A stretch of DNA of 64,000 nucleotides from positions 124,001 to 188,000 of the forward strand of contig OZ237769.1 of the NCBI GenBank assembly GCA_965178125.1, given 5' to 3'. Source of the DNA: Bilabrum cf. latius (lineage: Eukaryota). Below, piece after piece: positions 24,081-39,000 of this stretch (positions within the stretch are counted from its first letter, which is position 1; each line of letters starts with the position of its first letter). A program made the position numbers and the translations under genes. The notes under the pieces were generated by a model. That model saw only the letters and a program-made list of their open reading frames with translations, made no database searches and was not told where the DNA came from.

Positions 24081-27000
24081 TCAGCCGAAAATGTCGAAGT
24101 CAATGCCGTCCAAGTCGGGGTCGTAGTCATCAGGCCCGCCACTGGCAGCACCACCACGGCCGACCCCGCCCTGTCCTCGTGCAGTGTGCCGCCCCTAACT
24201 CTCGGGCTGCAGCAAATGAACGCCGCCGTTGCGCCCTCCACTCAAGCGGCGTTGGCGTTCAGCCGTAGAGGGATGGTTCTATACCTGGCTTCCGTGCTGA
24301 GTGCTTGACTAGCTCTATCTACGGGAAGACGGATCCATGAAATCCGTTTGATCCGCGTGATACTCGACGGGCCAACCCCCCACTCCCAAGTCGGATCCTC
24401 TCGTGGAATCACCGTGCACGGTCCGCTGCCGATCGACACCAAGTCGACCAGGGCCACCACTTGCAGCACCCCCGGCAGCGATACCCTCGCCCTCGCCATC
24501 CTCTGCCACAGCGTCAGACCCTAAGGACACAACAGACCCAGGACTGACGCATGGGGTCTGCTCCACTTTCGTCACTGCAACAGAGCCGCCGGAGTGGGCG
24601 GCATTCACCCTCAAACCGGGCATGGTCCCTTGCACAGGTGCAATGGAGCTGCCAGAGGCTGGCTTGCCATCTTTCCCGCTGACCGGAGCCTCTTGCGAAG
24701 CGGTGGCAGGTCCATTATCAGGCTCGATCTGGTGGGGCTAGACCGCCGGCCCGCCAAGCACGTCGGTATCAGTGAAGTCCTCCTGGCCGTCTTCCTCGAT
24801 TCCTTGGGGATGGTCGGCATCCGCGATCTGACCAGATGCTTCGTGTGGATCTGCGTCATCAACGTCGCCACAAGAAGGCTAGGCAGATGCAGCAGCCAAG
24901 GCACTACTGGACGCCTTACCCGTGCCAATAGAGCCACCGGCAGCGCTCTTTCCCTGATCTGTGTCTATGCCCACGTGCTGGTCTGTCCCGAGGGACTCGT
25001 TGACATCCACCCCAGGCGATCCGCGTGAATGCACCGCCGAGCCCCCGCCTGTCTTTGAGCCGCGCTGGGCGTTTGCCTCCATGGCCAGCTGCACCACAGA
25101 CGCCACCCTCGTCTGCCCCAGCGCCCGCCGCGTGCTCTGCTGCAAGTTGGCCCGCAGGTACTTCTGGTTCGAGGAGAGGGCCCTGGCGAGTGCACGCTGC
25201 ATGGCCTGCAGCACAGAATCGAGGTGCGTTGCCTAGTGCCTGCAGCGGTCTTGCTCTTGCTCTTGCTCTTGCTCTTGGCCTTTGGAAGATCCAGCTGGCT
25301 CCGAGCTATTGGAATCTGCGCTGCCTTCCATCTTGCCACCAACGGCATGAGAAGGGCCTTCTGGCGCACGGATAGGCGAGACGTCCGGACCCGGCATCTC
25401 TCCTGCTGCATCCGGATTGTCCTGCGCCACTGCTTTGCCATCTCTGCTTTCATCCGGGCTGCCCTGATCGCCTATCAACTCCTCATGATTGTCCCCGGAT
25501 ACTTCATCTGCAATGCGCTGCACCTCTTCTCGCAGGGCCTGGATGAGGTTTGATCCGTGCTGCAGCGCACTCCTGAATCGGTACTGCACGAACTCTTCAA
25601 GCATTGATTCCTGCAAGGCCTGGTGCCTCTCCTCATCCACACCCCCGGCGCCTGACAATGTCCCGTTAGTCTGGGCTCCCCTAGCGGCTCCAAGTCCCGT
25701 AAATGCAGGCGCAATGGCAGACAGCACGGAGAATAGCACAAGCGACTCAGTTGCACCCACGCCGGCAGCAGCACCGGTGGCCTGCATGAGGGTGACGTTC
25801 TGGATGCGCCCCGACAGCACCCGGGAGCTCTCCGCCTCCGCAGCCTCTGTGCGAGTCCCCAGGCATGGAAGCCAACGCAGCTGCTTCAGCAGCACCGGCA
25901 TCACCGCAACTTGAGTGGCGATCGCAAACAGCGCCATCCCCGGCTCAATGAGGAAGAATGACATCCCTTGGGCAATCCAGAAATCGGACAAAAAGTCGCC
26001 CACGATATCATCCCCGTGGTATATGCCAAATGCTAGCACGTACCACAGTGTGAATGCGATGACCACGCTCAGCAACGTGTAACCCATCACCTTCTTGCTT
26101 GCCCCGCTGCATCCGCGCTCGGGCATGTCCTGCAGCGTCCGCCGCAGGATTTCATCCATGACTCGATCCTAGCCGAAGAAACGTTCCAGCTCTTTCTCAA
26201 GGTCAAGCTCGTCATTGAGCGGTGAAGATAGGTGCCCGGCAGCCGAAGCAGACGCGGAGGTATCGGGTGCATCATCGTTAGCTTGCGGCCCCGCGGCTGA
26301 ATCTCTCGGTGAGCCGGGGGTGGCACTGCTAGCCCGCTACAGGCCAGCCAGTACGCCCGCCCCGCTCGCCTGTCGAACAAGTCTGGCCTTCTGTACGGCC
26401 GCACGACGGTGCTCCACAACCGTGCTCGGCACATGATGATCGATGGAAGTGCCACTCACTGGTTTGGCATCAGAGATGGCCGCATCGCTTGCACCTGTCT
26501 GTGACGCTGACTCCGGCACATGATCGGTATGACCCTCTCCAGGCCCTGCTACGATATTCACATGGCTGTCTTGCGTTGATGAGACAGCCTGCCCTGCGGC
26601 GCTTCTCAATTCCAGAGGCTCCTCCTACGCCCCGTCTCCTGCCTCATCCGCTCTCTCCACGGCCTCTGCATCTCCCAGCATGTCCACCAGCAGCGCCTCC
26701 TCAAGTGCGATCTGCCTGGACCAGGACTTGACCTTGCTGTCACGCACGGGAGGGGCCTCTAGGATCCAACATGGCGACCGGAGGAATTTCAAGGGGCCCA
26801 GCGGGAGAGTCGTGCATGCCTCGCACCGCACGAACGGCCGGCCCCCGAGCATCAGGTGCTCCTCGTCCTGGTAGGCTAGTGGTGACCACCTGGTCACCGA
26901 GTCCACCCTCTCTGCTCGCCCGCACCAGCAGCAACCCGACGGGCGCCCCTGCACCGCGTATTGGGCCAGAAGGAAGTCCCTCTTCTGCGACTCGTGCCGG

Positions 27001-30000
27001 TTGCACCACACCAGGCAGCTGCTGCAGCACCACTTGACCAGTTGAGGCGGCTCAACCCACCCGAGATCGTACGGGTTAAATATGTCGCCAGGAAGCGGAT
27101 CTTTGACAGATGCTTCCGCACTGGCTGCGTCAAGCGCAGGGTGTTTCGCTTGCGGGGGCGGTGGTGGTGCAGCAACCGTGACACCACTGGAGTGGGGGGC
27201 ACTCGACGCATCCATGACACCGCGCGATTGCGGCAACAGCTCATCTGCCATGTCTCTGTACTCCATGGCAGCGCGCTGCAGCCCAGCCATCGCCCGCAAC
27301 CGGGATTTATTCTAATCGGGCTTGTGCGATGCGCACCACTGCGTCGATATTCGCAACCTATTGGCCAGGTCCACCTGGCACCTTGCCCCGCGAGTCAGCT
27401 CGTGGCCGGCCTTGATGCCTGCCTAGGCCACCTGCAGCCGCTTCTTCTCAAGCCGAATCAAATCAAGCCTCCGCTGGAGCTCCATGATTCGAGCTTTTCT
27501 GTCAGCATTGGATTCTAGCACAACGTCGGCCTCTTCGAGCTGCTGCAGGGTTGCAGCACGGAGCGAGGCACTGCGCTGTTGATTGGGGGGTTCGTCTCCG
27601 GGCGCGTCTTCTGATCCTAGAGGATGGCGGCGGGAGTCATTGCTCGCAGTGACACCTGCGTCCTACGGCATGGTCACCCTGAGCATTCGGTCAATTTGCT
27701 GCAAGGCCTCGTCGTTGGCAGGGTTCTTGGAATGGGCGTAGCAGTGCGCCAACCGCCGGGCGCGGAGCAGGGTGAGCTGCTGGCGGAGGGCCTGCAGCTT
27801 CACACCCAGGTGTGATTCTGCCGCCGCCCGCAGCTGCAGCTCCCTCCACAGCGGAAAGTACCGTTGCTTGAACGACTGGTCTGCCGCCCCGTCAAATATC
27901 TTGGACAGCAGCATCAGGGCTGGGAGTTTGATGAAGGCGGCAATGCACGCGAACGCCACCCTCTCGTTCATGCTCAGTGGCGTGAAATCGTCCACGCCAT
28001 CCCCGTCCTCGTCGATGCCGCTGCGGTCCACCCCCGTGATGCTGTAGAAGAACACAGTCACGGCCATGGTCACAAACACAACGGCAAGAAGCACGCCAAG
28101 CCGGAACACGCGGTCGCTGGCATACCGGAATGACAAGAACGGCCCCAGGTACAGATGGTCGTAGGCCAGCCGCGCAGACCACAGCTGCAGGATTGTCCAC
28201 CTGAGAGCCCACAGGCGCACGCACACGTTATCGCTATGCAAGCCGTGGTCAGCTCCAGAGGGTCCCGCCGCCGTGCTGACAGCATCAGCATGGGCTCCGC
28301 GTACTGCCTCTGCCTCTGGATCTGGCTGCTTCGGTGGACTACGGCCCACTACAGCCCGACTGTCGGAATTGGGGACTATTGACTCTGGCTTTTCTTCTGC
28401 CTGCATTGAATCTGAATGGTCCGAGTCAGGTTGCGCGGTGCGTACGTTCTAGTGTGACAGCTGGCTTGCTGCAGCTGCAATGGCCTGGAACCGAAGCACC
28501 GATTTCCTCTTGACTACCATGCCAGTTGCTGATTCCGCCGAGGCATGCAAGCCGCGCCGCACTTTGACCCGCTGCCGTAGTTGCGCCGCGATCCGCTGCG
28601 CTGATTGGAACTGCTTTGCAGTCATACCGTCCGATATGGTGACTCCACGATGCAGCACTCGCAGTCTCCCAGACAGCCTCCGAAACAGAGCATCCTATCC
28701 GATGCTTGCAATCACGCAGCAGTGGCCGCACGCTCGTCGGGCAACGCCCTGCTCCCGAAGGGACCCCGCTTTTCTTCCTTCTCGCTCGATCGTCTGGAAC
28801 TCTGCAGCCCCCGGTATTTCCATCTCCGCGTGGGACCGAGCCAGTGCGAGCAGCTCAACCAGCTTCTGCTAGCCCAGTTTCTGCCGCTATTTGTCCCGAA
28901 TGGCTCTCATCCTGCGCTCAAGAGACGAATGGGTCCCACTACCGCCATTCACATGTCCTAGCTCCAGGGCAGCTGTGAGGTATGTGGCGCCGAGGGTGCG
29001 AGCGACTGTTCCCACGGTGTTTCGGATGGCGGTGAACCGGCGCTCCCATGCCGGCTTGGTCTCAAAGGCGCCTGCGAATGCGTCTGACGTAGGGGCAGAG
29101 TTTTTGTTGGAACCGTTCCTACGACTGCCGGAGCTCTTGTCCTAGTTGGGCGATGGCACTTCGGCCACATCGGGCTCACTCGCAGATGCCTTGCCGCTTG
29201 CATCCTCGCGGTACCTGCCACCTTGACACTTCTTCGCCACAAGACTGGTTGTTTTATTGAGTTGCCCAGCTGCTCTATGCGGCGGGTCGCTGCCATTGCC
29301 AGCTTCACCTCCAAGTTGAGAGCTCGGATTCTGCTGACCATCGTCTTTCACTTCAAGCTGCTGCTTGTCCCCCCCGGCTTGGACCATTCGATCGAGTACT
29401 TCGTTGCACCCTTCGATCCTGACTAGTCCCCTGAGGAACACAACCTCCGGGTCCTGAAGCAGACTGTGGGCAAACTCTTTGTGCTAGACAGCGTCGATCT
29501 GGTCAGCCGCGATGCCGGCCACGATCACAACTCCCATTATGGCACACACGGTTGTGAGTGTCTTGAGATTCCGAACCAGATCCTGTACCGACAAGTTGGC
29601 CCCGCCTTGCAGGATCGCGCGATTCTCGCTCAACAGGAGTTGAAACCGCCCCGAGAAATCCGTCAGGTGAGTGCACCTACAGACCAAGCTGGTCTTGGTC
29701 ACCGCCACCGCGGAGCATCCAACTCCCGACCAGAGGCTCCTTGCCTCGTCCCAAAACATGCAGGCCGCAGCCGCCTGCTAGTCGCTCTGCATCGCTGACG
29801 CTTCCGCCGCCCCACTTCCAGCCAGCGTGTTGATATCGCCTGTGTCTTCCGTTCGCCGAGCGGATCCACCACCAGCTGCATCCTATGCATCCCCCGACAG
29901 CAGGGCAAGTGGACCCCCTAGAGAAATCGCAGGCTCGCTCTTGTCCCGCGGCACCACTATGCACGCCTCTGCTCCCATGGTGGCTAGATCCACCTCGGCT

Positions 30001-33000
30001 CCAGTGATTGATGAAAGAATGTTCACCGACACAGCGTCGCACTTCCAGCCGGAAATGTCCTCCTGTCTGGTGGTTGTAGCGGTGTCAGCATCTGCTACCT
30101 GCATTGCTAACTGCTGCTCGAGCGACTGACTCGCGGCTTTCGCCACGGAATCTGCGTCTGTCGCGTCATGCGGCAGCGCTCCCCACGCAAGCACGCTCAC
30201 ATCTAGAGGGGCGTTGCCTGCAGAAGGTAAGCTAATGGCATTGAGCAGCGTTCCATTCTCAACTATTGCATTGGGAAACATCAGTGCCATCCCGAACGAA
30301 GTGTCGTTTACAGCGTCTACCGACTTTTCTGTGACTGCGCCCTCGATAGCAGACGAACACTGCCTGGCCAAGCTTTCTCTCGAGGCTGCTGCTAGCTCTG
30401 GTACGGTGGAGGCATCAGACACGGTGGCCCCGATGGACAGCTGGCCCGACCCACCAGCCCCAGCGAGCCGGCGGCTTTGTCCAAGCCCTGAGGAGGAGGA
30501 GAGAGCGCTCCCGTCGACTCTACCAGATACCAGTGAAAGCGAGACAGTGCTGCTGTTAGCGCCGCTAGAGGTCGGATCGGTCGATGCCTAAATCATGACG
30601 GGTGACTCGCCAGGCACAGCACCAACCAGCGCACTTCTAGACAGCAGTGATGCAGTGCGCACGACACCGCCAGCGGACGGCAGGGAACTATTTTGCCCTG
30701 CTAGATCAAGCACATCATCATCAGCCGCGCCTGCACTGACTAATGCTTTGGCTTGCTGCTCGATCACAAGCACTCGATTCAATACATCGAGAACGCTGCG
30801 TTGCGCAGTCGTTCCGACGCTGCCTTCCTACAGCCCCGTTGCACCGCCACTGGCAACGACACCCTCTTGCGTTGCATTCACAGATGCAGTTCCAGTGGAG
30901 GCTTTCAGCCGAGCGTCCAGAACGGCACCCATGTTGGCTACTGCTAAGGCAGACATGCGCCTGGTTGTCTGCTCGGCTCCCTTCAGCACGCTACCCGTCG
31001 TCTTAGCTGCCATGCCGACGAGGTCATCGGAAACCGCGGAATCGTTGCCCTACAGCTCTACCGCCTGTCGGACGACGGTCAGCACGGCCTCGCGGGTCTG
31101 CTTCGTTTTCGTCTTGAGTTCGACCTCTCGTTCTGCGATCGCGTTTGCTGCGCCGTCCAGTCCGTCCACCATGACCGCGGTCTCTGCAGCGCGTCTGAGT
31201 GCCGCCCCAGGATCTGACGAGCGCATGTCTGTGCTGGCGCCATCCAGAAGTGAGTCAACCACGTCGATCCACGCGTCAGGGTCCCCTATCTGATTGTCGT
31301 CAATTGGGAATGCGAGCTGGATCGAGAGGCCTCCAGCTGCCACCGCGCCAAGCTCATCGCGCACCACCACGATGAGTGTGGCTTGGCTGCCGCCAGCCGG
31401 CGGCGGGGGCAGCGTGGTTCGGCAACTGCTTGCAACCGAGAATTCCTGCAGCGGCGAGGTCAGCCTGCTCTCGAGCATCGCCAGCACTTCGTCGCTCTAA
31501 GACAGGTCTGCGCCAGGCGACGCAGGTGCCCCTGGGTGGTAATAAAACGCGTACTGCAGCTGGTCATCTTCGCTAGAGTCATCGGTCCAGTCCATTGCCG
31601 TCAGCACAAACGTATCTCGAATCGCAGTGCCTCCAGTGGTTCTGGTACCATCGGGTGTGAACAGTCCAAGCATACCGCCATGCGGGGCAGCGTTTACCAC
31701 CAGGTCAATCTGCGATGACATCGTCGCCGAGGTGCCAGCCTTGGAAATGGTAGCGGCAAACGTATACTTGGCTCCTGCAGTCAGCGTGCCAGGTCGAATC
31801 ACCAACGAATCACTGTCGAGTCCAGTGCCGAACAGATGTGCGATAGACGCGGGGACAGCATCTGGCCCGATCGCTCTCGGCGGCAGGTCACCTGACGGCA
31901 TGCTCCATCTGACCTACAGGCCTTGATCTAGTACGATGGCTGCAGTCGATGACTGGCTCTCGTCCTGTATTATTTCGCTTAGCCGAGCAGAGAGTACTGT
32001 CCGTGTAGATGCAGACACGATCCTTATACCGCCCGTATTGTACCGCACAGCACCTGCACTAGTCACCGCCACGGAGATGCTGGGCAGGTCAACAGGCAGC
32101 ACCTGGAAGGTTGCCTAGGCTTCCCCCCTCTGCACAGTCTCGCTGATGACATTTTCAGTCGTTCTGTGCACGAGTCCTGAGACCACGGTGGCGATCAGCG
32201 TGACAGCTTCGTTCTCATGTGGAGCGAGCGCACCGCTCGGGATCAGGGCAGTAGATGCATTGGAGCTGTCTCGCATGGCCCGCGCGAGTTCTCCGCTGCA
32301 GGCTGTACCTCGTACACTGCACGTCCAATCAATGAAAAGGTACCGCTACCAAATAGTAGCATCGTATCCAGGGTCCTGGCTAGCAACAGCGCGCTGATAG
32401 TCCGAGTCCAAGGGCTCCATGAGCTGAATCCCGTGAGTCCTCGCGCTCGACAGGCCGCGATCGCCTCCCTGGATCACTGGCTGCAGAGCCGTGCGCTGCA
32501 CCCTCACCACGAAAGCCTCGTACGCCACCGGGTTGCCGACGGCCTGCTCGCCTGCGCTATCAATCATTTCCACTTTTGCAAGGAAAACATACGCAGTTCC
32601 TGCTCTGAGCGTTGCCTGAGGAATCCGCAGTTTTGGGGAGGATGGTGCTCGAGCAAGAAGGGGATTCAGGTGGCCCGGGGTGGCCATCATCCCGCTCACG
32701 ATGCGCGTTGCATTTTCAAGTGCCTCCTGCCTCCACGTGGCATCGAGAGTGTCTGCGCTGTCTTGCCCGTCCAATTCCTGGATGGGATGCATGCTGCCGA
32801 AATACCAGCTGTAGCGTAGCGCGGCTGTGCCAGTACTGGTGGAGGTCTCGGACCCGGCTGCATCGCACGAGAGGGATCTTAGAGATGCCATGGCACCCAC
32901 TTCAATGCTCTGAGACCTGCGCATGCTTCGGAACACTCCTCCAATCGCGTCGATCTCAAGTGTGCCAGTGTCTGCAAGCGTCTCGATTGACAGTGCATCT

Positions 33001-36000
33001 CCTGCCGCAGTCGTTGCTGGCAGGCTTCCATGCTGGCCCAGCCAGTTCACTGCACTGATGTTGAACCCGTACACATAGCCCCGCACAAGAGTAGGCCCGC
33101 TTGCTTCGAGCAGCTTATCCACTGAACCTACCACTGGGAATGCGATGCGAAGCCCGCTCAATAACGTGCCATTGTACGCAGTCGCTATGAGTTGCTCTAG
33201 CCTCGCTTGGTCTGCAGGCGGCAGCGATGATGAAACCGACAGTGTGTACGCAAGACTTCTCCCAGCCTGCCCAATAGTGCCTGAAAGATCGATTGATGCC
33301 GTAGATGCACAGGCTCCGACGGTTGCCGGTGCGCTTGCCCGGAGACTCACACGGACCGGATCTGCAGGCGGAAGCAGTTTAGCCTAAGCTCCCTGTCCTG
33401 CAGATAGCAGTGCTTGGCCAGGAAGAGCCCTTGCGTGGCGAAGTGAGCCTGGTACCAGGGACACGGCATCCCCAGGAAGTATGACCGCCTGCGTACCAAG
33501 GACAAGCAGGATGGCCCGACTGTCCGCTTCCAGACTGCAGCGGGGGGAGGTCCCAAGGCGGTCCAGGGTACTTGCTGCAACCAGATGCTTGCACTGGGTA
33601 TCGCCTTGCTCTAATTCTTCCAGCTGGATGGCAGTGGTGAAGTTGACACGAATGGAGCGTCCGTCGTCTGATAGCACCGCGGCTGCAACCTCAGGACTCT
33701 GCGGCTACGCAGGCTTGAACACCGGGAATCTTGCGACGTGGTTCACAGCTTGTTTGGAATCGATGTCGCTGCCTCGTTTCACGGAGTCAATTTGCACCGT
33801 GTACGACTCCTACGGGCTGCACAGAGCTGCGCTGCCTGCCATGTCTTGGCGGATTTGCAGGCACTACAGCGCTGCCGGCATGTCAGTGGGGTGCACGATC
33901 GCTCCAGCAATCGTCACGCTGCTACTCTGCGCAACCTCGTCCATTGAATATAATCTCTTTACCGAAAGTCGTGGATTTACAGTAGTAATGCAGCCATCGT
34001 CCACAGCTATCCTGGGGTGGACACATGCTTGCAGAGAAGATGGCGCATTGTTGCCCGCTGCCTAGCCCGACTGTTGGCCTTGGGCCTCCATGCGCACTGC
34101 AAACCCAGCAATGGGTCTGTTCATCGGCACCTACACCACGGGCGACAGCTTCATAACAACCTCATCGGGTGGAAGATCATTGATGATGTCCTGGGGGCCT
34201 CTGTGGTCCCAGGCTCCGAAGAGTGGCCTGGCAAATGTGGCCAGATCTGGGAGCTCCAATGTAGGCTCGGCCTCGGAAGTGTTTAACGCAAATACCCCGG
34301 ACTTCCTCCACGGAAACTCGCCAGATACTGTCGGAGTTCCCCCCGTCTCCATCACACCCACCTCATCCCCCGCCTTGGTTGCGGCTAGTTTCACACCCAC
34401 AAGCGCTGGAGAGGAGTCCACCAGCAGCACCGGAAGGGCCATGTGGATGCTACCTTGAAGCATGAACGCCTCTTCAGGGGACCAAGGAGCTTCAAAGGGG
34501 GCGTCTGCGCCGAAGTTCCAAGCAGGGGAAGCAATGGCTCGGTGAATCGACAGCACGATCACCTTGCTAGGGACAATCAGATCGTCACTAACCAGGTCTC
34601 GACTCGTGTGCAACACTGCATCTACCACAATCTGTTCATCTCCACTAGAGGACTAGGATTTCCAGGCACGCTGTAGCATGCTATACACGCCAGTTGATGA
34701 AGCTACGTCTGTGCTCAGTGTACTTGATCGTACCTCTTTAAACGGCTTCGGGCAAGTTGCATCGATAGAGACCATGCCAGTCTCCGCACAGGATGCAAAC
34801 TACTCGTCTGGTATCCCAGCGGGAAACATCCTGGCGGTTGCAAGGGGGCATTCAAGGGTGCTACCAACCACGCAACCCGTGGCATCGGACTCAACAAATC
34901 CCATTGTGAAGGCACCGTCCCTGCGAAACGCCAGGGCATGGACAGCAAGCTCAGTGCAATTGGACTACAAGTGTAGCCGAAGTGGAACCGGTGCCGGTTG
35001 TGTAGAGCCTTGCGGCGTTCCCTTCACATCCACCACCACCCATTCGCCTACAGCCGTTCCCGTGACTTCGTCATACATCGTAGACGGCAACATCGTACTA
35101 GCTTTGTCTTTTGATTCGACCGACCAAACGAGCCTGCCGCCAACCGCCGCTTCTTTCGTCCCATTTGGATTGCCTTCTGCTGCGATCCAGCTGGCTTGGA
35201 GCGCGGGATATGCCTCGGTTAGTTGGACTGCGACAAACACGGGCTCAGATGCGGTAGACTTGACAGTAGTGCCTTGTGAGGGACTGCCGTCAGCGACAGT
35301 TTGCAATTGCTGTTTGTAAACGCTCCGTGCTACCGCGAGACCCGCTAGCTCGGTCGTAGCATTGAATGGGTCTTGCAGGACGGGCACGTCAGTCTCCAAG
35401 GAAATGGCCTACAGGATCGCTTCTGTCACGGTGCAAGCGCTTGTTGCATCGTCAAGGCTCATGTTATAGTGCACTGCAAGCTCCAATAACAGCTCGCCGT
35501 CCAAGGCAGAAGATGCAGCCACTGCTTGAAACCCTGCGTCTGGATCGCAGGCAGGGCCAGAGGGCCCACCACCCACAAGCTACCGGCAGGTGTGATGCCC
35601 ATTAAACCGTAGCTTGGCATTACTGGGTCCAAGGCCTAGTTTTTCCGACAAAAGTAGGGACACGTTGACTGCCTACAGCTCCGGCACACCCGACGCCACT
35701 GACCCCTGCAGGCTGTGCGCGGCGTTCTCGCTCGGCGCAAGAGGGAGCGTGCCTCCCAGTGAGCCGCTCTAGAACATTAACTTCCCTGCCTGTACCATTG
35801 AGTGGCCTGATTGAGCGCATTTGATCCCGCGGAACAGGGCCACTCTGGTTGGACTTTGGTTGTCCTGGTCGTTGTGGCGAGCGTCAGCATCAGCACCGTC
35901 ATTGGCAAATACAACAGGCATCGGAGCAAGAGTGGCCACTCGAGGGATACCTGCCTAAGTGCTGAGTAAGCTCCCATTTTCTGATCCTGCCAGCGGCTCC

Positions 36001-39000
36001 CAGCCTACCGCTGCCTCTGCCGCTGCTGCCTGCCAAACGACCAGCTGCGGACGGTTGCGATCCCCACCAACCGCTGCATCGATCTGATCGTTAGAGCCAA
36101 ATGCCCCCAGAAACAGTCCAGCAGATGATGCTGGCTGTACAACGATGGTCCGATTTGCTCGAAGCCAATTGCTAGGATTGTTCTCGTCTCCTGTGCCGGC
36201 GATAGCAACCTCAACCACTACTTCGATTGGGGTATCCAGTGGCTTTGAGCCGGTGTACATGTATGCGAGTCTCTGCAAGATACCCCTGACTAACGATGTG
36301 GCTGCAGGCATGTGAGCGATGGGCACCTGCGGGCCTTGCATCTCCAGACGCTGGTCCTGCTCGTGCCATTTGGGGGATGCGCGCCCCGCCAGCGAGTCAC
36401 GGGTGGCAGCTGCGACGCCCGGCGGAGCCAGGGGATCGGGACTGCTTAGCACGCCTTCTTCTTCCATCCAGTCTATCCACGACTCCGGGTAGTACGCAGC
36501 AGGTGGGGTCAGACTCAGAGCCTCTTGATCATCTTGTGCTGCCCCGAGGGTCATGCCACCTAACCCTGCAACGCGGCCATCGCTTGCAGCTGCACTGGGT
36601 CGCAAGAGATACAAGCGGTGGCCTGCACTGCGCTGTGCAGTGTGAAGCTTCGCCTGTATTAGGCTTAATCCAATTGCAGGGTAGCGCGCTTCTGTTGTGG
36701 GCTCAAACACCCGGAAAGATGCATTGGGAGCAATGAGAACAAGCGGTCCGTCCTGAAGAGTGCTGTACGTAACAGGCGGTGTGATCCTACTACCGGAGTC
36801 GCTGGGAGCCAAGGACAGCTGACTAGGGGCTTCGATTGCAAGCACAATGCGCTTGATTGATTCGTCCGTCTCACCGAACACCGTCGGAACAGACTAGATT
36901 CGAAGCCTTATCTCTCGTTTGCGGAACCTGGACCAGCCACACAGCGTCTTTTGCGACTCGTCCTCATCCTCGCCCGAGCAACGGTATGCAAGGGATTTCA
37001 CAATCGAATGTAACACACTGGGGGGCACCCCGGTAGAAACAGCAGGCTTGATCCACATTCGGAGCGTGGTCCTCGACGGCTCGCGAACCCCACCGCCTGC
37101 ACTGGAGTGCGTCACACGGGCACATCCGAGGCCCAAGGCAGCAGCTGCCTCGTCTGTAGGTACAATCCCAGCCGTGACTAGAGCGCGTTGATTTTGCAGC
37201 TATGCATCGTTGCTTCCGTCCTGGGATGAACTGCAGGTCAGCTCGTTGACTTGGTCCCCGCTGGTCTGCGCCTTGCCGTCGGGCAGCAGCGCGATCCGGT
37301 CTACCGTGCTGACCCCGCCTTCGATCGAGACTTCGAGGGCAGACGAGTTGTACGACTCGGATGCTGGCCACATGATGTCATACATAGAGAAAAGTGGCTC
37401 GGCAGAACCAACTAGTGCTCCGGATCCCGAATCTGTACCTACAGAGTACCGCATTGGGCCCTCTCCTTCCTCTGGTGCCTGCCAGTGGGTGGAAGGGAGT
37501 CGGGGCCCCTGGGGGGTGCGGGCCAGCAGCATGGCTGGGTGGTTCCGAGTTCGTACTTCCAGGTTGCAGGAGGCAGTTGGTGTCCCTGGGTACATGCGAG
37601 CCATACCGGGAGATATTGACCCGCCCGTGCATCGTGCCACTGAGGTCGGGATGGAGTCAGTGATGGCGAAAAGGGGCGTGAAGCCGTCATAGTCGTAGCA
37701 TGTGCTCGCAGCACCGGGGTCTGCGATGGGCACCGCTGCGAGCTCTCTGTCCTATTTGCTCCGAATCTGCGCCACAATCGTCATGTACAGCTGCTCTCTC
37801 TGCACCGTGCGTGCGGAATCAACAGCTGCATCTGCGTCACCGCTGCCGGTGATGCCATCTCTGCTCGCCGCTGTCGCATTCATGAGATTGCTGGGATCCA
37901 CTGACGAGGGGTTGTTCATCCCTCCAACGTTCACGTACCGCAACCCAAGGATGTTCTCAAGATCAGCTGCCATGACGGACTTGACATCGTCAGACCGAAT
38001 GTCACCGTACCCACACGTGATTTGCAGCCCCGTGCCTGCCGGTGTAAACTGCCCTTGCACCGACTGGAATCTGCTCTCAATGTCCTCAGGTACTGAGCCG
38101 CTAGGCTTCATCAGCATGCCCTGCGCACCGCTTGTATCTTCGGAACAATGCGCGCCCATTGAGGGCGCCTCCAGCCCGTGCTACCAGTCCAGCGGTGCCG
38201 TCGAGCTGTACCAGTGCCTGTTCAGCTGCACGACGAAACGGATCTGAGATGCCCCAGATTGCGCGTGCTTCTAGTATTCGCCATACAATGCATTGAAGGA
38301 AGCACCGTCCTACGGCTCTTGGCATATTCGAATCGGACCGGACCGAGGCGATGCAATGCTGCCCTCATACCACGCGTGAGGCTGCAGAACATCAGCTGCT
38401 GATCGGACCCTAATTGGGACGCGCATAGGCCTGCCAGGCAAGAAGACCGGCTCGAGTCCAGTTGGTCCAGACGCAGAACTTGCCACGTGCCACGGCAGGA
38501 TGGAAACTATTCGAGAACCACTTGATACATCGTCGTGACCATGCACAGCAAGTGTCGTAAGTCTCAAGACAGTGTCAAAGTCGGCAGATCCCATGCTGGC
38601 CCCGTCTTTGCGCCGCACTACTATTGATGTGTTTGCAATCCTGGTCGTCACCGTGTGCACCGTGTAGGTAATGACCGAGTTTCTGCCGCCGTCATGTTCA
38701 AAGGCAAGGATTTCACCTCGGCCCAGCACTGGGGGCAGCGCCCCAGCAGGCGTCAAGTTATCCCCCGGCTGTGCGAATGCGGATTGATTGGCCTCAACAA
38801 GTGTCAACTGCAGAGCCGCGACTTCTGAACCGGATGGACTCGAGATTGAGAACCGAAACGGGTCTTTGGCTGGACAGTGTATGCAGGCGCTGGACGGTGC
38901 ATATTGGTCGACGCCGTACAGCCCGGCCAAATGCCCCCTTGTCGCCCAGAGAATCGGCCCATTCTCTTCGAGCCCTGCTTGCTGTGGCTGCGGAATGACA